A DNA stretch of 64,000 bases from Dipteris shenzhenensis (taxonomy: Eukaryota): NCBI GenBank assembly GCA_047967505.1, contig CM106538.1. One strand, written 5' to 3'. Positions 48,981 through 62,873 of the stretch are shown one piece after another; within the stretch, counting starts at the first letter, position 1, and every line of letters begins with the position of its first letter. The position numbers were made by a program, and so were the translations under genes. The notes below the pieces were generated by a model that saw only the letters and a list, made by a program, of their open reading frames with translations, did not search any database and had not been told where the DNA came from.

Positions 48981-51008
48981 GTCGATCAAGCAAAGGACAA
49001 CCAGTCTAAGCCGCCAGTAATCCCTCAGCATGAGGCACACTTCTTGGTAAGCCCTTAGCATGAGGCACATTCGGTAGTAAGTCCTCAGCACGAAGCATAA
49101 ACCGAGGTGGTAAGAGAAAGCTGTTCTTAGTGACGACACCATGTACCTCTGAGATAGATTTTGTAGACCCAGGAGTGACAATGTACATGAGAGACATTGA
49201 GGAGTGGAGCATAGAGCTTGACTTTGTAGGGGAGGAAGGAAGGTGTTGCTCAGCCATGAGATCTGAGGACTAGTCTTGTACCCTTGGCAAAGATGAAGTG
49301 GCTCTAGGGATGGAGCTTGAAGTCACTGAGGGGAGCAAAGGCACAGACATACAGAGAGGCTAGGATGAAGATGGTACTTTTGGGATGTACCTGGCTTGCT
49401 CCAATATCAAGCAACAGGACGAATCTTCAGGGTATGTTTTTAGTTTTCATTGAAGATTTTAGCAGTATGCTTGTTTATGCAGGAGTTCTCATTTCCTAGG
49501 AGAATGGGGGTAAAACTCTTCCGTATAGACAGAGGGCGAGTCCTCATTGTGGATGCATTTGATGCCTACTACAAGATTTCCATAGTAGTTGGTGACACAA
49601 GCTTTGAGGAGTTCGGAACACTGATTTGTACAAGTGATCATGATGTTTCACTGTGGATACCCAATTGCACTTTGCTGGAAGGACCAGGTGGTGAACCAAT
49701 TGAAACCGTTATTGTGGAGAATGGGGATCCAAAGGACCAAAGGAGGGCGTTTATGCCCATGGAAGATTGTGTGTTGTTTTATGGATGGTGTCAGCTCATT
49801 GACAAGTTGAAATAGACTTAGTGGACTCGATGCTTTGTAGGATTCAAAGAGTTCAGCTTTGGAGGGGGATAATCCGATGGACCCGTTTATAGTACCTGGA
49901 TCAAAAGACAAAGATGACATGTTTGAGTTTAGTGTTACTAGTGACAATATATGCTGCTTGGATGAATCCCACTGGCCACGATGAAGCCGGACCTTATGGA
50001 GAGAGAGCTTTTCCAAATGAGCAGACGGAGCTGTTGCATTGACATGTGGGTGCGGGCCCAATGTGGATTGGTGAGAGGGGTGTTAGAATACGAGGATCAC
50101 CTCCCCACTTGTGAGCTCCCATATACATGGAGGCTGGAGCAGACAGGCAAGACACTGGTTGGCAGTAAGCCGTTCGACATGAGCTGTGGCAGGCTTAAGT
50201 GGACTGGAGCAGGTACGGAGGGAGGGGTAGCCAGCAGGCTGCACAGGAGCAGCAGAGGTCGAGGGCCAGAAAAGGGGCTTGAAGTCAAGCCGATTTATAG
50301 GCAGAATCAGTGGGCTATGGAACAGACCAAGTCAGCTGAACAGATTTGGTTGGCTGGCGGCAGACTTGTTTGCCTGACAGAGTGGGCCGGTCTGTCCGTT
50401 ACGGTTGGCCAGTCTGTAACAGTCTGCCACAGACGGGGGCTGGAGAGTCTATTAAAAGGGCCCACTTCGGCGGGCAGAATCATTCCAGTAGACACTCAGC
50501 CTGCAGTGCAATTCAGGGTGAAGAGCACAGGAAGTTTGAGGAGTCAACATCATCAGTGTTTGCAGGGCAGACGTCTAGAAGTTTTCAGCACATCTAGGTG
50601 CATACCTACACCCTGTAGGAGAGCATAAGGTGATGCAATGGAGGGAGCTTTATCTGCAGTACATATCGGAGCAGAACTCTGCAGGAGTGCTAAGCCTTGA
50701 GCTGCAACTGAAGCCCATACAGAGGCGTGTGGCAGAGATGAAGAGCTCCTACAGAGGTTGCAGCAAAACAAACCCTGTTTGGGACGTAACCTTAGAGGTA
50801 TTTTCTGAAAATACCAGGGCAAGATAGAGACAAAACCCTAGAATGAATGCTAACTGGGGTCAAAAAAAGTGTGGTGACTAACTCACCCACAAACTCAACC
50901 TCTAACTGAGGTTAGGGGTAAGGAACCTTTAATAAAGGGAAAAAGTACCCCTAGCCCCTTATTACATTAGTTGGGCCACTGCCTTAGGAAATATGAATAT
51001 TTCTAACA
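48981..51008 (-). mobile_element. Unclassified LTR-like element with non-canonical decayed ORF
   Basis: Minus strand starts TGTTAG (51008); agggaaaaagt.c.ccta is shared with ~54145; 30-bp tandem repeats at 49023-49096. No gag or pol motif recognised. Confidence 0.4.
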
Positions 51009-51893
51009 CTGTCAGAGAATTGAAGTACGATTTCTCTGAGGAGCTTGAATGAAACACTTGAAATACTAGATTGTCTCCCACAATAGCAAAAAGAGACTTA
51101 AGATTCTTTTAACACTTTTTCATTCCCCTTTTGGGTTGGGTTTGTGGTTTCAAACCATGCATGTGCTTACCATCAGGCTCAGTTAGGTGTGGATGTTCCA
51201 CACGAATGAATGACACACTATCCTGATGCTTCCAGTTGATAGTTTTTAATTTGAATTTCCGCAAAGCATTCTCTTTTCTATGTGAAGGCATTCCTTGCAA
51301 GTGCTTGAAAAGGAGTCAGCATGAAGTTCAGGCCAATTAACTAGTCCTTGATTCGGCTCTGAACTTATTAATGACGAGATACCAGGAGTTGAGTTGTGCA
51401 TAAATGCTTCATGAACTTCAAATGCTGGACTTAACAAAGCTTCTTTTTTCAGCATTTCCTGTGTGTTATTTTTCACATCTCGGCTTGAGAATTTAGAGAT
51501 CAGCTTGTGTAAGTGACCCGAAACACAAAGCATTTTCAACAAGAACATGATAGCCCTAGCTTGCAAAAATATCTCTCTTTCAAATCACACTTTTTTCTTT
51601 ACACAGCGTACCTTCAGTGGAGTCAATGCCAACTAATTTTGTGCATTGTCTGTTTGTGTATGGATATATCTAATAGAGGTTTTGATTTCAGGCTTTGTGA
51701 TTGGATGCTGAGAATTTTAGATGTACTTAGATTAAAAAAAAATGTCAGATTCAAAATTTGGAAATCGATGCCGAGAATTCTTATAGTTGATGTACTTGCA
51801 AACATTGCTCTGCCATTCTTTTGGCTTTTTCTGATTATGCATGGTTTTTGAGTTGTACTTAACAGTAATTCCTTCTTCTTGTGCTATTTTTAG

Positions 51894-51991
51894 GGGCCGC
51901 TGAGTATGCTTGTTTTCCTTCGCTTCTCAAGCATTTGGTCAATCCACTGAGTCTCCAGTTGTCAGATAGAAGGTCAAGCATTGTAAAACAG
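51894..51991 (+). CDS. CLASP: CLASP exon 7
   Basis: tttag|(G)AAEYACFPSLLKHLVNPLSLQLSDRRSSIVKQ|gttggt. Confidence 0.95.
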
Positions 51992-52199
51992 GTTGGTGAA
52001 TGGTTTCAGGGATTTGCTGGAGAAATAAAATTTTTTTTGGGGGTTTTTGAGAGGGGGGGGGTTGATATCTGTGTGCTTTGGAAATAAAATTTCTCCCTTT
52101 TTTTCTGGAGGGGTGAAATTTTGTGGTTTGTTCTGAAAGAAACAAGGTGAAAGTACTTAGGAATTGTTGAAGCATTTGTGGGTGGGATACTCTATCTTC

Positions 52200-52710
52200 T
52201 ATAGATACTTTAGTATCTGCCGATGGCTTGTGAATGATGAGGAAACAAAGGATGAAAAGTCATGCTCATATTTCATCATGATATTACCAAGAGGTGTATC
52301 ACGTGCATTTTCACTAGAGGAGGTGGACATCTTGTTGGGAGAGGCTTGGCGCATGTTTGGAACTTACATGTGACTAATTGTTATACGTGTAGCATAGTCT
52401 AGGCCGGGTATCGTTTTTGTGAGTGGCGCATGGTGGTACGCAGCTTCATTGGTACTGGCCACAAGAGTTATGCAGTCCCCTAGGCTTGGGGTTGATGCTA
52501 GAATAAAGTCAATTCTTGAAGGATGTTCTACACGTTTATATCTTTTTGGTTGTGACGTAGTATTGTCACATATATCCACAAATGGATCAAGGCATGTCAT
52601 GGTTCGGTCAATGCCTAACAAGGTATAGCGTTTAATATTGAACCCACCAGCTGGAAATTTGTATGGATCTGCCTTGCTGGAAAGATAAAGTCCCATGTGG
52701 TGTGACAATG
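52200..52710 (-). mobile_element. LINE AP-endonuclease fragment
   Basis: AGGFN (GDFN-like), SRIDFIL, HHAPL (SDH-like). Confidence 0.75.
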
Positions 52711-52773
52711 TGGCCTTAGGTAGAGATCATATGTGGTCTATAGACACACAATCAAGTACACGTCTGCACCCCC

Positions 52774-52776
<3 letters not shown>

Positions 52777-52816
<40 letters not shown>
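52777..52816. repeat. (CT)n microsatellite
   Basis: Directly visible. Confidence 0.95.
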
Positions 52817-52817
<1 letters not shown>

Positions 52818-53516
52818 GTGCAGTATGTCATCGTTTTTATTGTCCAGTGGAGTATGTGTAGAATTTTATACTTGTCTTTTTTCCAGTCCCATAGATCCTT
52901 GCGGGTCTCCCGTGAAATTTAATACCAGCATTCGATTTGATTTCATCTCTCTCTCTCTCTCTCTAGTGTCTCTCATTTGGGCATTAGGGGAATTCTAAAG
53001 TTTGAAGAGCTATCCTGTCATAGTTGGTATTGTACATCTGATGTCTGTATATATTTTGTATGCACTAGTAATCATGAAAAATCAATTGATAAACATTGAG
53101 CATGCATGTGACATTAACGTCAAGGATCGATGATATTGCAAAGAAGCAATAAAATCTTTGGTTAGGCTTTCGGAGTGCTTTGAGAGTTGAGATTGGAGAA
53201 GCTGATCTCAATGACTCCATGTCTCAATGATAGGTTTAAAGTGTATGGTTGAGGAAGCTGTCTTATTTTTGATTGATTATGTACCTCATCATGTATGTAT
53301 ATTGAAGATACACCTAACCATGAAAGGCACTAATTTTTAATCATTTGATGTTGCCTTGAACATGAATGTGATTTCAATAGAGTCAAGGCTCTACAATTTT
53401 GCAAAGACAACACAAAAAACTTTTGGGGGTCCTTGGGAGTAATGAAAATTGGGATTGGAGAAGATGGACTCTTTAAAAAAAAAGAGAGAAATTGGAGAGA
53501 TGAACTTAAGAATTAC

Positions 53517-53675
53517 ATGTCTCAAACATAGTCTTATGTTGCAAATTATCTTATAAAAAATAAAAATTATCAAAGGCTCAACTTGCCCTTGTTGCGATGT
53601 CTCAAACATAGTCTTATGTTGCAATTTATCTTTAAAGAATGAGAATTATCAAGGGCTCATTGTGCTCCTTGTTGC
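53517..53675. repeat. ~81-bp tandem duplication at a copia breakpoint
   Basis: atgtctcaaacatagtcttatgttgcaa...aattatcaa.ggctca...cttgttgc occurs twice. Confidence 0.88.
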
Positions 53676-54207
53676 AGACGAGTATCAGCAGCTATCGCTA
53701 TAGGATGAACATCAATAAGTGTCACAAAATCCCAGAGAATTTTTGAAACCGGGAGATTTTTAATCATAAAGCTCCAAAGAGAATAGTTGGTGCCATCCAA
53801 CTTGTTCTCTTGAGTGAAGAGTCTGAACACATCACCAGGATTTTGAGCCATCACAAATAATTGCACAAATATATGACCTTTGAAGAATTGACTTGCTGTG
53901 TAAAGGCAAAAGACAGTCGAGATGCAAGTAGAAATGAGACAAAGCTGGGCAGAAAAGTTGCAACCTGTAGAGTATTTAAAAAAAAGCAGTATCCTTCTCA
54001 AAAACAGCTCCCAAACAGCTTGAAGCTGTTCAAGACAGCAGGAGATGTTTTTTCCAGATTAGGGTTTGTTGTAAGAACTTCAAAACAAGAGGCAGCCTAT
54101 ATGAAACTCTAAAATACATATGAAAAACCCTAATGGCCTCAATGAGGGAAAAAGTGCACCTAAACTTATTGCTAACTTAACATTGACAGCTGCCTAATGT
54201 TTCCAAC
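53657..54207 (-). mobile_element. Copia 5' fragment (LTR remnant plus gag N-terminus)
   Basis: MAQNPGDVFRLFTQENKLDGTNYSLWSFMIKN. Confidence 0.8.
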
Positions 54208-54849
54208 TGGTGCAAGAACGGAGAAATAAATGAGAGGCTTTTAGAAAGGGAAGACACTGCAGGCTCAAGGGTTTTAAAGAAGTTTAGAGAATGTGATAGG
54301 ATGATGATGATCTTAAGGTTTTGATTGAGGAAGACGAGCTCACAGATTATGATGACGAGGAATGGGAGAAAAGAGGTTTCCTAGTGCTTAAAGAAGTACA
54401 ACTTCATGACAGGATTTACAAGTTGATGCCATCTGAGGATTTGGATTCTTTGGTGAAACTTGATATCCATTCCAAATGATTTAGATAGGTAGACCGCATC
54501 AAGTTCGGAGCGAGTTCAAATAGCAAAGTTTAATGGTGATCACACATGTGGGATGCTTTGAGGTTGGTTGTAGAGCTTGGACACTCTTTCGCATGTGAGG
54601 AGAGCCAATATGAAATTTGCAAACTTTTACCTAAATGTTTAATGGCGTTATGACATAAAGCGTTCACATGGTATCAAAGACTTAGGACAGGCCATCGCAA
54701 ATGAGACAGCATTTCTTATCTCTTGATTTACGAGTATAATATGTTAGAATGGGAAAGATTTATGGGTTAGTTAGTGAAAAAGTAAAATGATAGGTTTTGG
54801 GCTTTGTTGAAAGTTCAAACGTTTCATGTTGCTATTGTCTGGTTTGACC

Positions 54850-55830
54850 TTCCAACCCATCTATCGTCGCCTTGTATCGAGGACCCATGAGTCGCCATCG
54901 TGTGTTTCGTCTCTTGTGACCATGTGTCACTGCCTTAGTATTGTGTGCAGCTTGTAGCGCCTCGATATTGGGTGTGATCTGCTTCATCAACTATACTTGC
55001 ATACTACCGCCGTGCAGCTCTTTTGTATAGCCATTCCAGCCCACAGCCTGTTCATTATACATGGTTGCTTTGGGGCTTGGCATTCTTGGCGCACAAATTA
55101 TATCTGGAAAGACACAAATCAGTTCCATCAACTGATGATAGCATTATGTTCCCAACTCCTTAGACAAAATAAGAAGCAATGTTGGCAGAAGGCACCTTGT
55201 TACCAAGTGGAGCGAGTTGCAAATAACTCCCTGTGAGACATAATGTGCCTAGCCACCATCAAAGCACCAAACGATATCTGAGGTTTATGCCACATTGAGT
55301 GATGTGATTTCTTGTCTGGCGTCATAATGCACACAAGAAAAGCTCTTTCTTCAGCCACAAAATTGGCTGAAGCATCGTTCTTATTTGTATTGGAATGACT
55401 GAAATATGTAACCAAACTGCTAGACTCTCCCCTCTTCTCCTTTGCAAGTCTTTTCCTGTATTCAACAATGAAATGCCTCTGCTTTTTGGAGCAATGGCAT
55501 TTTCCCTTGTTCTTAGGCTTGCCTGCATCAACCTTTGCTTTACTTGATTACTGTCTTTGACTGAAAACACTTGAATTTCCGTCCTTGTCCTTGTCATGGG
55601 CAACAAATGCCTGATCATTGCCAGGCATGGAGGTAGATTTTCTGCAAATTCTTGCAAATGTCCACTTGTTTGTTTGCAAAAGCAAATTTGATGCAAAAGC
55701 CCCAAATTTTACCAAAAAATATACCTGAAATTGGCAAAAGCCCTGAATTTCACAGTTAATCTGCAAATCTGTTCGAAATCTGCAGAAGCCCAAAATCTGC
55801 ATTAAGAAGATGTGGGATGACAAGTGCATA
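54850..55830 (-). mobile_element. Heavily decayed copia-like fragment
   Basis: DQAFVAHDK and ANFVAEERAF; ggggcttttgc leader repeats like those of the intron-1 copia. Confidence 0.5.
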
Positions 55831-56620
55831 GTAAGGGACCGTGAAAAGGATTATCAAATGGTCACTAGTGGTACTTTGTATGAGGGAGTTACACAAGCTG
55901 GGCAGATTTCTCAGCAGATGCTTGCTTGGCAACCATCTCTAGTCTTGCCATGAGGTGGAGTTATGGCATGCTAGATTTCGACATCTAAACTATACAAGTT
56001 TACAGCTACTGCAGGGAAAAAAAATGGTACTGAATATCCCTTAGCTAGAATAACCTCTAGACATATTTGTGAGAGATGCATTTTGGATAAAATGCATCAG
56101 AATGCATTTCTTAAGGATCGATCAATCAGAGCTGATAGGAAATTACAGCTCATTCACAGCGATGTGTGCTCCCATGAGGAATCATCACTTGGGAAGCATC
56201 TTTATTTTGTGACTTTCATTGATGATTACTCCAGATTTTCTTAAGTGTACCCTTTAAAATCAAAATCTGAATTTTTATTGTTTTCAGCATTTCGTTGTTG
56301 CAAGGTTTGAAAATGAAACAGGTTGCAAAGTGCAAACCCTCTGTAGAGATCAATGGGCGGGAACATATGCTGATGCTGTTAAGACATACTTGGATGAGTA
56401 AGGCATTAAGCATCATGTCGTATGGTGCTATACATACCTCAGGAAAATGTTGGTATTGTGAGAAAGAATAGCTCTTTGATGGAGATGGCTAGATGCAGGA
56501 TCACAGCACACAAGTTGCCACATTTTTGGATGGAGGCGATCATGTGTGTTGTACATGTTTTGAACAAATGCCCCACAAACGCTTTAAAGACCATCACACC
56601 TTTGAGGCATGGTATGCTTA
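55830..56620 (+). mobile_element. Copia GAG-pre-integrase/integrase fragment
   Basis: LWHARFRHLN, QLIHSDVC, YFVTFIDDYSR, MEMARC. Confidence 0.88.
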
Positions 56621-58320
56621 GCCTGAAACCAGCCTCAACAACATAAAGGGTGGTAGGATCCACTTAATCACAGCATACTCAGTAAATTGACAAGTAAATA
56701 TGCACCACAAAACAAATCACAGGGGAGCTAGAGCGCTCCTACTTAGAAACAAGGACACCAATTGGCCGCCAAATGTTGGTGGCCCTTGCGGTATTTATTT
56801 AACATTCATTTGAAGCCAAGCGGCTGATTACAAAGGTCTCTGGGAAGCTGCACCACAGGCAAACCAACGCCCGTAGACTCCCCGTCCAGCCCACCCTGTA
56901 ATTTCCTGCTCAACTTCAAACGGTGACCGGCATCCAATCACTAGTCAATCCTGTATCCTCAGCCAACCAAAGCATGCAACAGAGACCCCAATAGCATCCA
57001 CTGTTTGAACCATTCTTGCAATCGCGCATCCAAGTGCCCAACCAGCCAAACACGGCTGAACAACTGCAAGACAAAGCCCTCAACAACTGAACTTTGGTGC
57101 AATCAAACAACCAAACACTTCCCAGTGGGTTGCCTCAATCTATAGCCTCCCTTGCCACTGCCCAACAGCATAAATCAACCCTTCTTCGCGAGGAAAGAAA
57201 CGCAAACGCAATAACTAGCTAGCAACCAATCAGGGAATGACAAAAGTAGGCAAAGACAAGCCTTCTTCTACTCAGAATCCATAGAAGAAAGGTCACCCTG
57301 GCTGTAAAACCCTAGATCCTGCGGAGATAAGCTGACTCTGCTCTGGCACAGTCCCAAAAACAGCTTAGAGACGAACACCCACGCCTGGAAAGTTTCCAAA
57401 ATCAGCTGCCACAGCCCGGAAGCCTCCAGAATTAAATCGCAATCTTCCTGCACAGCCTGGACAGCCTAGAAACAGAATCGCAATTTCCCTGGGACAGCCT
57501 GGAAACTCCTGAAAACAAATCGCAAATCCTGTAGCAGCCCGGAAATACCTGGAAACAGAACTAGAACAGGACGCAATCACTTGGCACAGCCTAGAGGACT
57601 TGGAAACTGAATCACAATTTGCAGCAGACACCTTGGCAGAAGTTGCAATTTGCAACAGGCATTGGATCTGGTGCGTTTTTCTCTGGCAGGTGCTGGATGC
57701 ACTGGTATAGGCCCTAGCTGGTGACCATTTCTTCTGGCAAGCTCCGGAAGCTCTTGGTAATATGCGATTTTGCTCTAGCAGCACCTGGCAGCTCACAACT
57801 GATGATCTGGCTCCTTCTGGAACTGATTTGGTCAAATAAGAGCTCCGGGCCCTTTTTGTACTTTTGGCCTTTCTTTGTAACACAACTCTTGCATTCTAAT
57901 ACATCTCCACATTTTGATGTTCTCCTCTCACTCCCATTCCGAGTAGGTCGGTTGGTCGAACTTGGTTTGCCAAGGTTATGGCTGGAATGGCCTTGTGCAT
58001 CCAACTGAAGCCCTCTTCACCGATGGCTTGACTTGTTCGTAGGATCAATAGCATTGATTAAGTCACTTTGTTTATAATAGACCAAGTCGGTTGGTCGATT
58101 GAATCTGGCTGGGTAAATGTTGCATCTAATTGAAGCACTCTTTGTTGCCGGTTGTGTCAACATACTTGGTAAGATTGATCTTTTCGCCTATCTTTGGTCG
58201 GCTAGATCTGGTTGCTTGGTCTACCAAACCTTGTTAGCCAAGTTTAGGGTTGGAAGGTTCATATAAGAGGCTCTAGCCTTAGTGTTTGCATCCACCTGAA
58301 GCCCTCTTCACCGAGGCACA
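56621..58320. mobile_element. Unclassified non-coding repetitive (LTR-like) insertion(s)
   Basis: Interrupts the integrase. Internal repeats cagcc(c/t)gga (57400-57600) and three copies of tgcatc...tgaagc.ctctt (~57997, ~58122, ~58288). Confidence 0.4.
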
Positions 58321-58879
58321 CAAGAGCATACATTGAGTAGTAGCAGCCCCCATCTTCCTCATTTTTGTACAACATCCTTGGTTGTATTTTTCCCAACGCT
58401 TATTGGAGACTCTTTTGATAGACCTCAAGCCTTGAAGGAAGGAGCCCCTCACGAGGAAGAGGAGACCCCATTTTTAGCAATGTACAGCTTTGACATCCTT
58501 ATCATGCTCACATGATCCCAAGCTACCCACTCGCTTACGGCAACAAGATTTGACGCCATCACCGATACCCTAGCACCATTCCTTCTGTCATGTGGCTTCA
58601 GCCCTATTCTTGTTGTAATTTCCCAAATCACCCTAACCCCATGTGGCTTGGGACCTTCACCTTTCAAAGTCGGAAGTTTGTGCCATCAAGCTTTCTCGAA
58701 TCCCCAAGTGCATGATGCATGGGCCCTAGCCATAATCATTGGCATGACTTTAGGCTTGATCCACAACATATTCAGCTTGCGTTTCAAACATGGACTATTT
58801 TGTAGGACATATACGAGATCAACAATGCAGATTGTCCTCGGCTTTGAGACCAACTTAACAACATGAAGATGAATTAGGG

Positions 58880-61800
58880 GGCTCAGTACAGGACCACATC
58901 ACAAAGATGAAGATAGTAAGAGACCAGCTCTCAGTAGTTGATCAATAGATGGATTTGTTTCGGGTTGCCAGGCTTCTACTAGGCATGCTGCCCAAGAGCA
59001 ACCAAGTTTTGTAACCACCATGATTGCAGGGAAACGTTTGGCATAAGCTACATTCGAAGAGCTAGTGGGCCTACTCTTGTAGGAAGAAGCTCTAGAGAAG
59101 AAGTTCGATGGAGTCATTGACAAGGCCTTCCTCACCAAAGGGAAGGCAAGGGTAAGCACACCAAGGGTAAGCCCTATCTCATGGAGACTTGAAAGAAGAC
59201 AAGTTGGGAGATTCTAAGAAAAAGTAGTGCTTCTACTGTGAGAAATCATGACACTTCGGAAGGGGTTGTCAAAACCAAAAAAGAAACAATTTTGAGCTGT
59301 CAAAGGGGGAGACTAAATCAGAGGCCACCAACATCATCATAGAGAAACTCTTCCTCCACAAATGCAGCGTTGACTTTTTGGTCAGCGTTGACTTTTGACT
59401 GACCCAGTCAACAGTCGGCATTGACACACCGACCAGGTCAGTGAATCTGCCCAAAAAGGCCTATATAAGGGATTCATTCATCCACTTTGCAGAATGTTTG
59501 GGGCTTTAGTTCCTAGCGCAACCTCAGGGATTAGTAGCAGGTCAGGTCTGGTTCAGGGAGCTGCAGATCTGCCCTATCCTTGGCATCTACAAGTGCTTGT
59601 TCAGCTCCGGACAGCAGCAACAGGGGTTTGCATCATAGCAGCCCCTTTATTCCTCCAATTTACATTTCCTACACTGAGGGTTTTTTTCCTTCTATATCCT
59701 TGGACAGCAGCCACAGGGGTTTGCATCAGAGCAGCCCCTTTATTCCTTCAATTTATAGTTCCTACAGTGAGGGTTTATTTCCTTCTCTGACGCTGATGAC
59801 GTCAGTGGGGATGTCATAGTAGCTAGTCCCTGCTATGCATGATGGAGTTTATGGTTTTCAACCTTGTGAGTGACTATCATGAGATTGAAACTGCACTATG
59901 TTGTGTTTTTAGAGGATGAGTTTGGGAATGTTCCTGGATTCATCTAGGTATATATTTCCTTCTCTAGTCTTTTGTAGTGAGGGTTATCCCTTCCGTACAG
60001 TATTCATTCTTTCAGTTGTACTCAGCCCAATCAAGCATTCATTTATTCAGTTGTTTATTCCTCTCTTTGGACGCCCGTTATATTCCTCTCTCAGACTCTC
60101 ACACTCACTGCACAGTTCCACTTGTGTTTTGAGTGCATTATTCTCTCAGTTCAGGTAGTAGTGAGTAGGAGAGAGAGTGAGTTAGGCTATCTCCCTATTA
60201 CAGACGAAGTGTTCATCAAATCCAAAGTGACATATAAGGGCATTGCTCGTACAAGGAGATGTTTGGCTGAGCACGTAAGATCCATAGCTCTGAAGGAGAT
60301 GTGGAAGGTAGGCATGGTGGAGAGACTTCCACGGCGACAAGAAAACAAGATGTTTGTAGAGCTTGCATGGAAGGAAGCAACACGGAGGAGGTGGGTCTTG
60401 AAGAACTCACAAAGCTTTAATAGTGAACTACACGCTAATGGATTTGATCACGATTCTTCATGAGCTAAAGAGCTTTGAAGAAGCAAAGGATGTTCCTGAG
60501 TGGTGGGAAGCAATGGAGATTAAGATGGTTGGTATTGAAAAGAACCGCACGTGGAATCTGGTGTCAAACGGAAGGTTATTGGGACCAAGTGGATATACAA
60601 AGATAAGTACAAGTCAGATGGTACTCTTATAAGTACAAAGATGTGGCCAAATGCTATTTGAGGACAAAGGGATTAATTTTGATGAGACATTGGCACAGAA
60701 AGCCGCATGGAGGCTATTTGGATAGTGATTGCAATGGTTGCTCACTACAAGTGGCTCATGGGTCAGAGGGACATAAAGTTCGCTTTTTGTAATGGTGACT
60801 TGAAGGTGGAAGTCTATGTGGAGCATATACAACCTTTTAGATGAAGAAGACTATGTTGTGCAGAATGAAGGAGGTGCTCAAGGGCTAAAACAATGCCTTG
60901 AGCTTGGTACCAATGCATCGATGACGACTACTTGTAGATTGGTCTTTTTTTTTGTTAGATTCAAACCTGTACCTACATTTAGAGGGGGGACATGAGAATG
61001 ATTGCCATTCTCTATGCTGATGTTCTTATCTTAACCTAGCGTCTCAAGAAAAAGATAAGGAAGGTAAGGACTTTGTTGGATAAAGAAGTCGATGTGATCA
61101 ACCTTGGTCTTTTGCACTTTTTTTGGGAATTGAGATATAGCAAGAGAAGGAAAGACCATCTCTCAGGAGAAATAGTGCTAGGAAATTCTAGAGTACTAGA
61201 TGGAGGAATGCAAGGGGGTAATGACAGGAATGGGAGTGTGTAACAAACTCAGCAATGAAGACACATATGAGCTGATGGATATGACAAAGTATCGACAACT
61301 GGTGGGAAGTTTACTCTCTTGACTTTGAATTCGCAGTGGGATTACAGTGCCAATTCTCATCAAAGCATTGGGAGAATCATTGGCAAGCTTGCTTGCAGAT
61401 GTTATGCTACTTGAAGGGTGCCATTGGATGTGAGATTACGTATGGACATGGATCGATTTCTTTGGTTATGATGATTGGGATTGGGCCGGAGATGGGGACA
61501 CCTGGCGTTCCACGATAGGCTACTATTTTCTACTGGGTTTGGGGGTCATTTCTTGTCCTAGTAAGAAACTCTCGCTCTTTCATCCATAGAGGTGGAGTAG
61601 AGAGCAGCCTGCATTGCATCATCTAAGTCCTTTTAGCTCAAGTGGATTTTTGAAGACATGGAGGTTGAGGCCGTGGAGATCTACTGCGACAATCAAAGAT
61701 GAATCGTGATTGCAAAGAACCTTGTGAATGAAACACATCGATGTTCACTACCATTCATAAGAGAGCTGAGCTTACCTATTGCCCAACAGAAGGAAACACT

Positions 61801-62362
61801 GCCAACGTATTTACCAAAGCTCTCTCGTGAGCAGATGGAGCATCTCTACCGACGCATGGGGGTAGGCCCATGTTGAGTCAATGAGAGGGGGTCTCAGAGA
61901 TGATCGACCCCACCTGTGAGCCCCTATATGAGGAGGACAAAGGGGCAGCAGATCTTTAGGTTAGGCAGGGTAAGCAGAGAGGTTGAGCAGCTGCAACAGT
62001 CCTCAAACAGAGGCAACAGGCAGCGGATTAGGGTTACATATATGCAACCTCAGGCAGTAGAAGGGCTGCAGCAGGAGAAGCGCTTGGAAAGGCATGCAGG
62101 ACTAACCGCTCAGAGCATGCATGAGCAGTACATGCCTCCATCTCCCTTAGTTTTGGTATAGCATCCTTGGTTGTAACTTTCCCAGCACCCATTGGAGTTT
62201 GTGCTTAATCTGGAGCTACCTGTTTCCCAGTTCTGTGGATGAATATATGGAGTTCTTTTTGAGGTTCTAGTCGCTGTCATATCTTCTGCATATCATTATC
62301 TTATGTGGGTCATTCGCAGTGTACTGTTGAGTGTGTTCTGGAAGAGCACTCGACATCTGACA
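58880..62362 (+). mobile_element. Decayed copia element (gag, RT, RNase H, PPT, 3' LTR 61892-62362)
   Basis: Knuckle CFYCEKS*HFGRGC (~59230); KNRTWNLV, KWIYK, YADV, IYCDNQ; PPT gagaggggg (61883-61891); LTR tctcag...ctgaca. Confidence 0.85.
59363..60202 (+). mobile_element. Solo-LTR-like insertion with 93-bp-period duplication
   Basis: TG...attaCA ends, TATA at 59462, repeats at 59609-59692 and 59702-59787; no TSD found. Confidence 0.5.
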
Positions 62363-62628
62363 TTCTCTCCTAGGCTAAGTTGCGACTCTGAAATAGTCTA
62401 TGATTGCCATATTACATGTATTATAAATGCATATCACATGTTTGATTAGTAGAGGTTACTTCTGGGTCAGTTCCCTTTACCACGTGTCTAATTGTTACTG
62501 TAACGTGTTCCTGCAGTTTTACGTTTGCTGACCTGTGTGATTGTTGCAGCTTTATTGTTTTGGGGTCCTAAACATTTATATTTATTCGGTATTATAGTGA
62601 ATTGATCTAAAAATTTGAATATTTCCAG

Positions 62629-62703
62629 GCCTGCCATTTACTGTGCTTACTATCAAAGGAGCTCTTGGCTGATTTTGAACCATGTGCTGAATCATTCATA
62701 CCT
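62629..62703 (+). CDS. CLASP: CLASP exon 8
   Basis: ttccag|ACHLLCLLSKELLADFEPCAESFIP|gtcagt. Confidence 0.95.
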
Positions 62704-62873
62704 GTCAGTTCCAACTCTACACTACTGAATTGTTTTTCATGTTTACCAAGCTGCTGTGAGTTCTAATGTGATCATTCTCATCAGTGACCTACAAATGCCA
62801 GTCTGGTTTGATTCAAAGAGTCTAGTGAATAGTCTTTGCTGAAGGTAGCCTTCCCCCATGATATCTCTCACAG

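Noticed and set aside
49450-50628. Plus-strand 121-aa and 215-aa ORFs as host genes
   Set aside because: No recognisable domain; they lie inside a TE-like block in an intron.
45306-51013. One element bounded by ctctc/ctgtc TSD
   Set aside because: The two ends are unrelated sequences and the TSD is imperfect.
59787-59806. CTGATGA within the ctgacg/cgtcag hairpin as a hammerhead
   Set aside because: The box is a hairpin loop; there is no three-stem geometry or GAAA.
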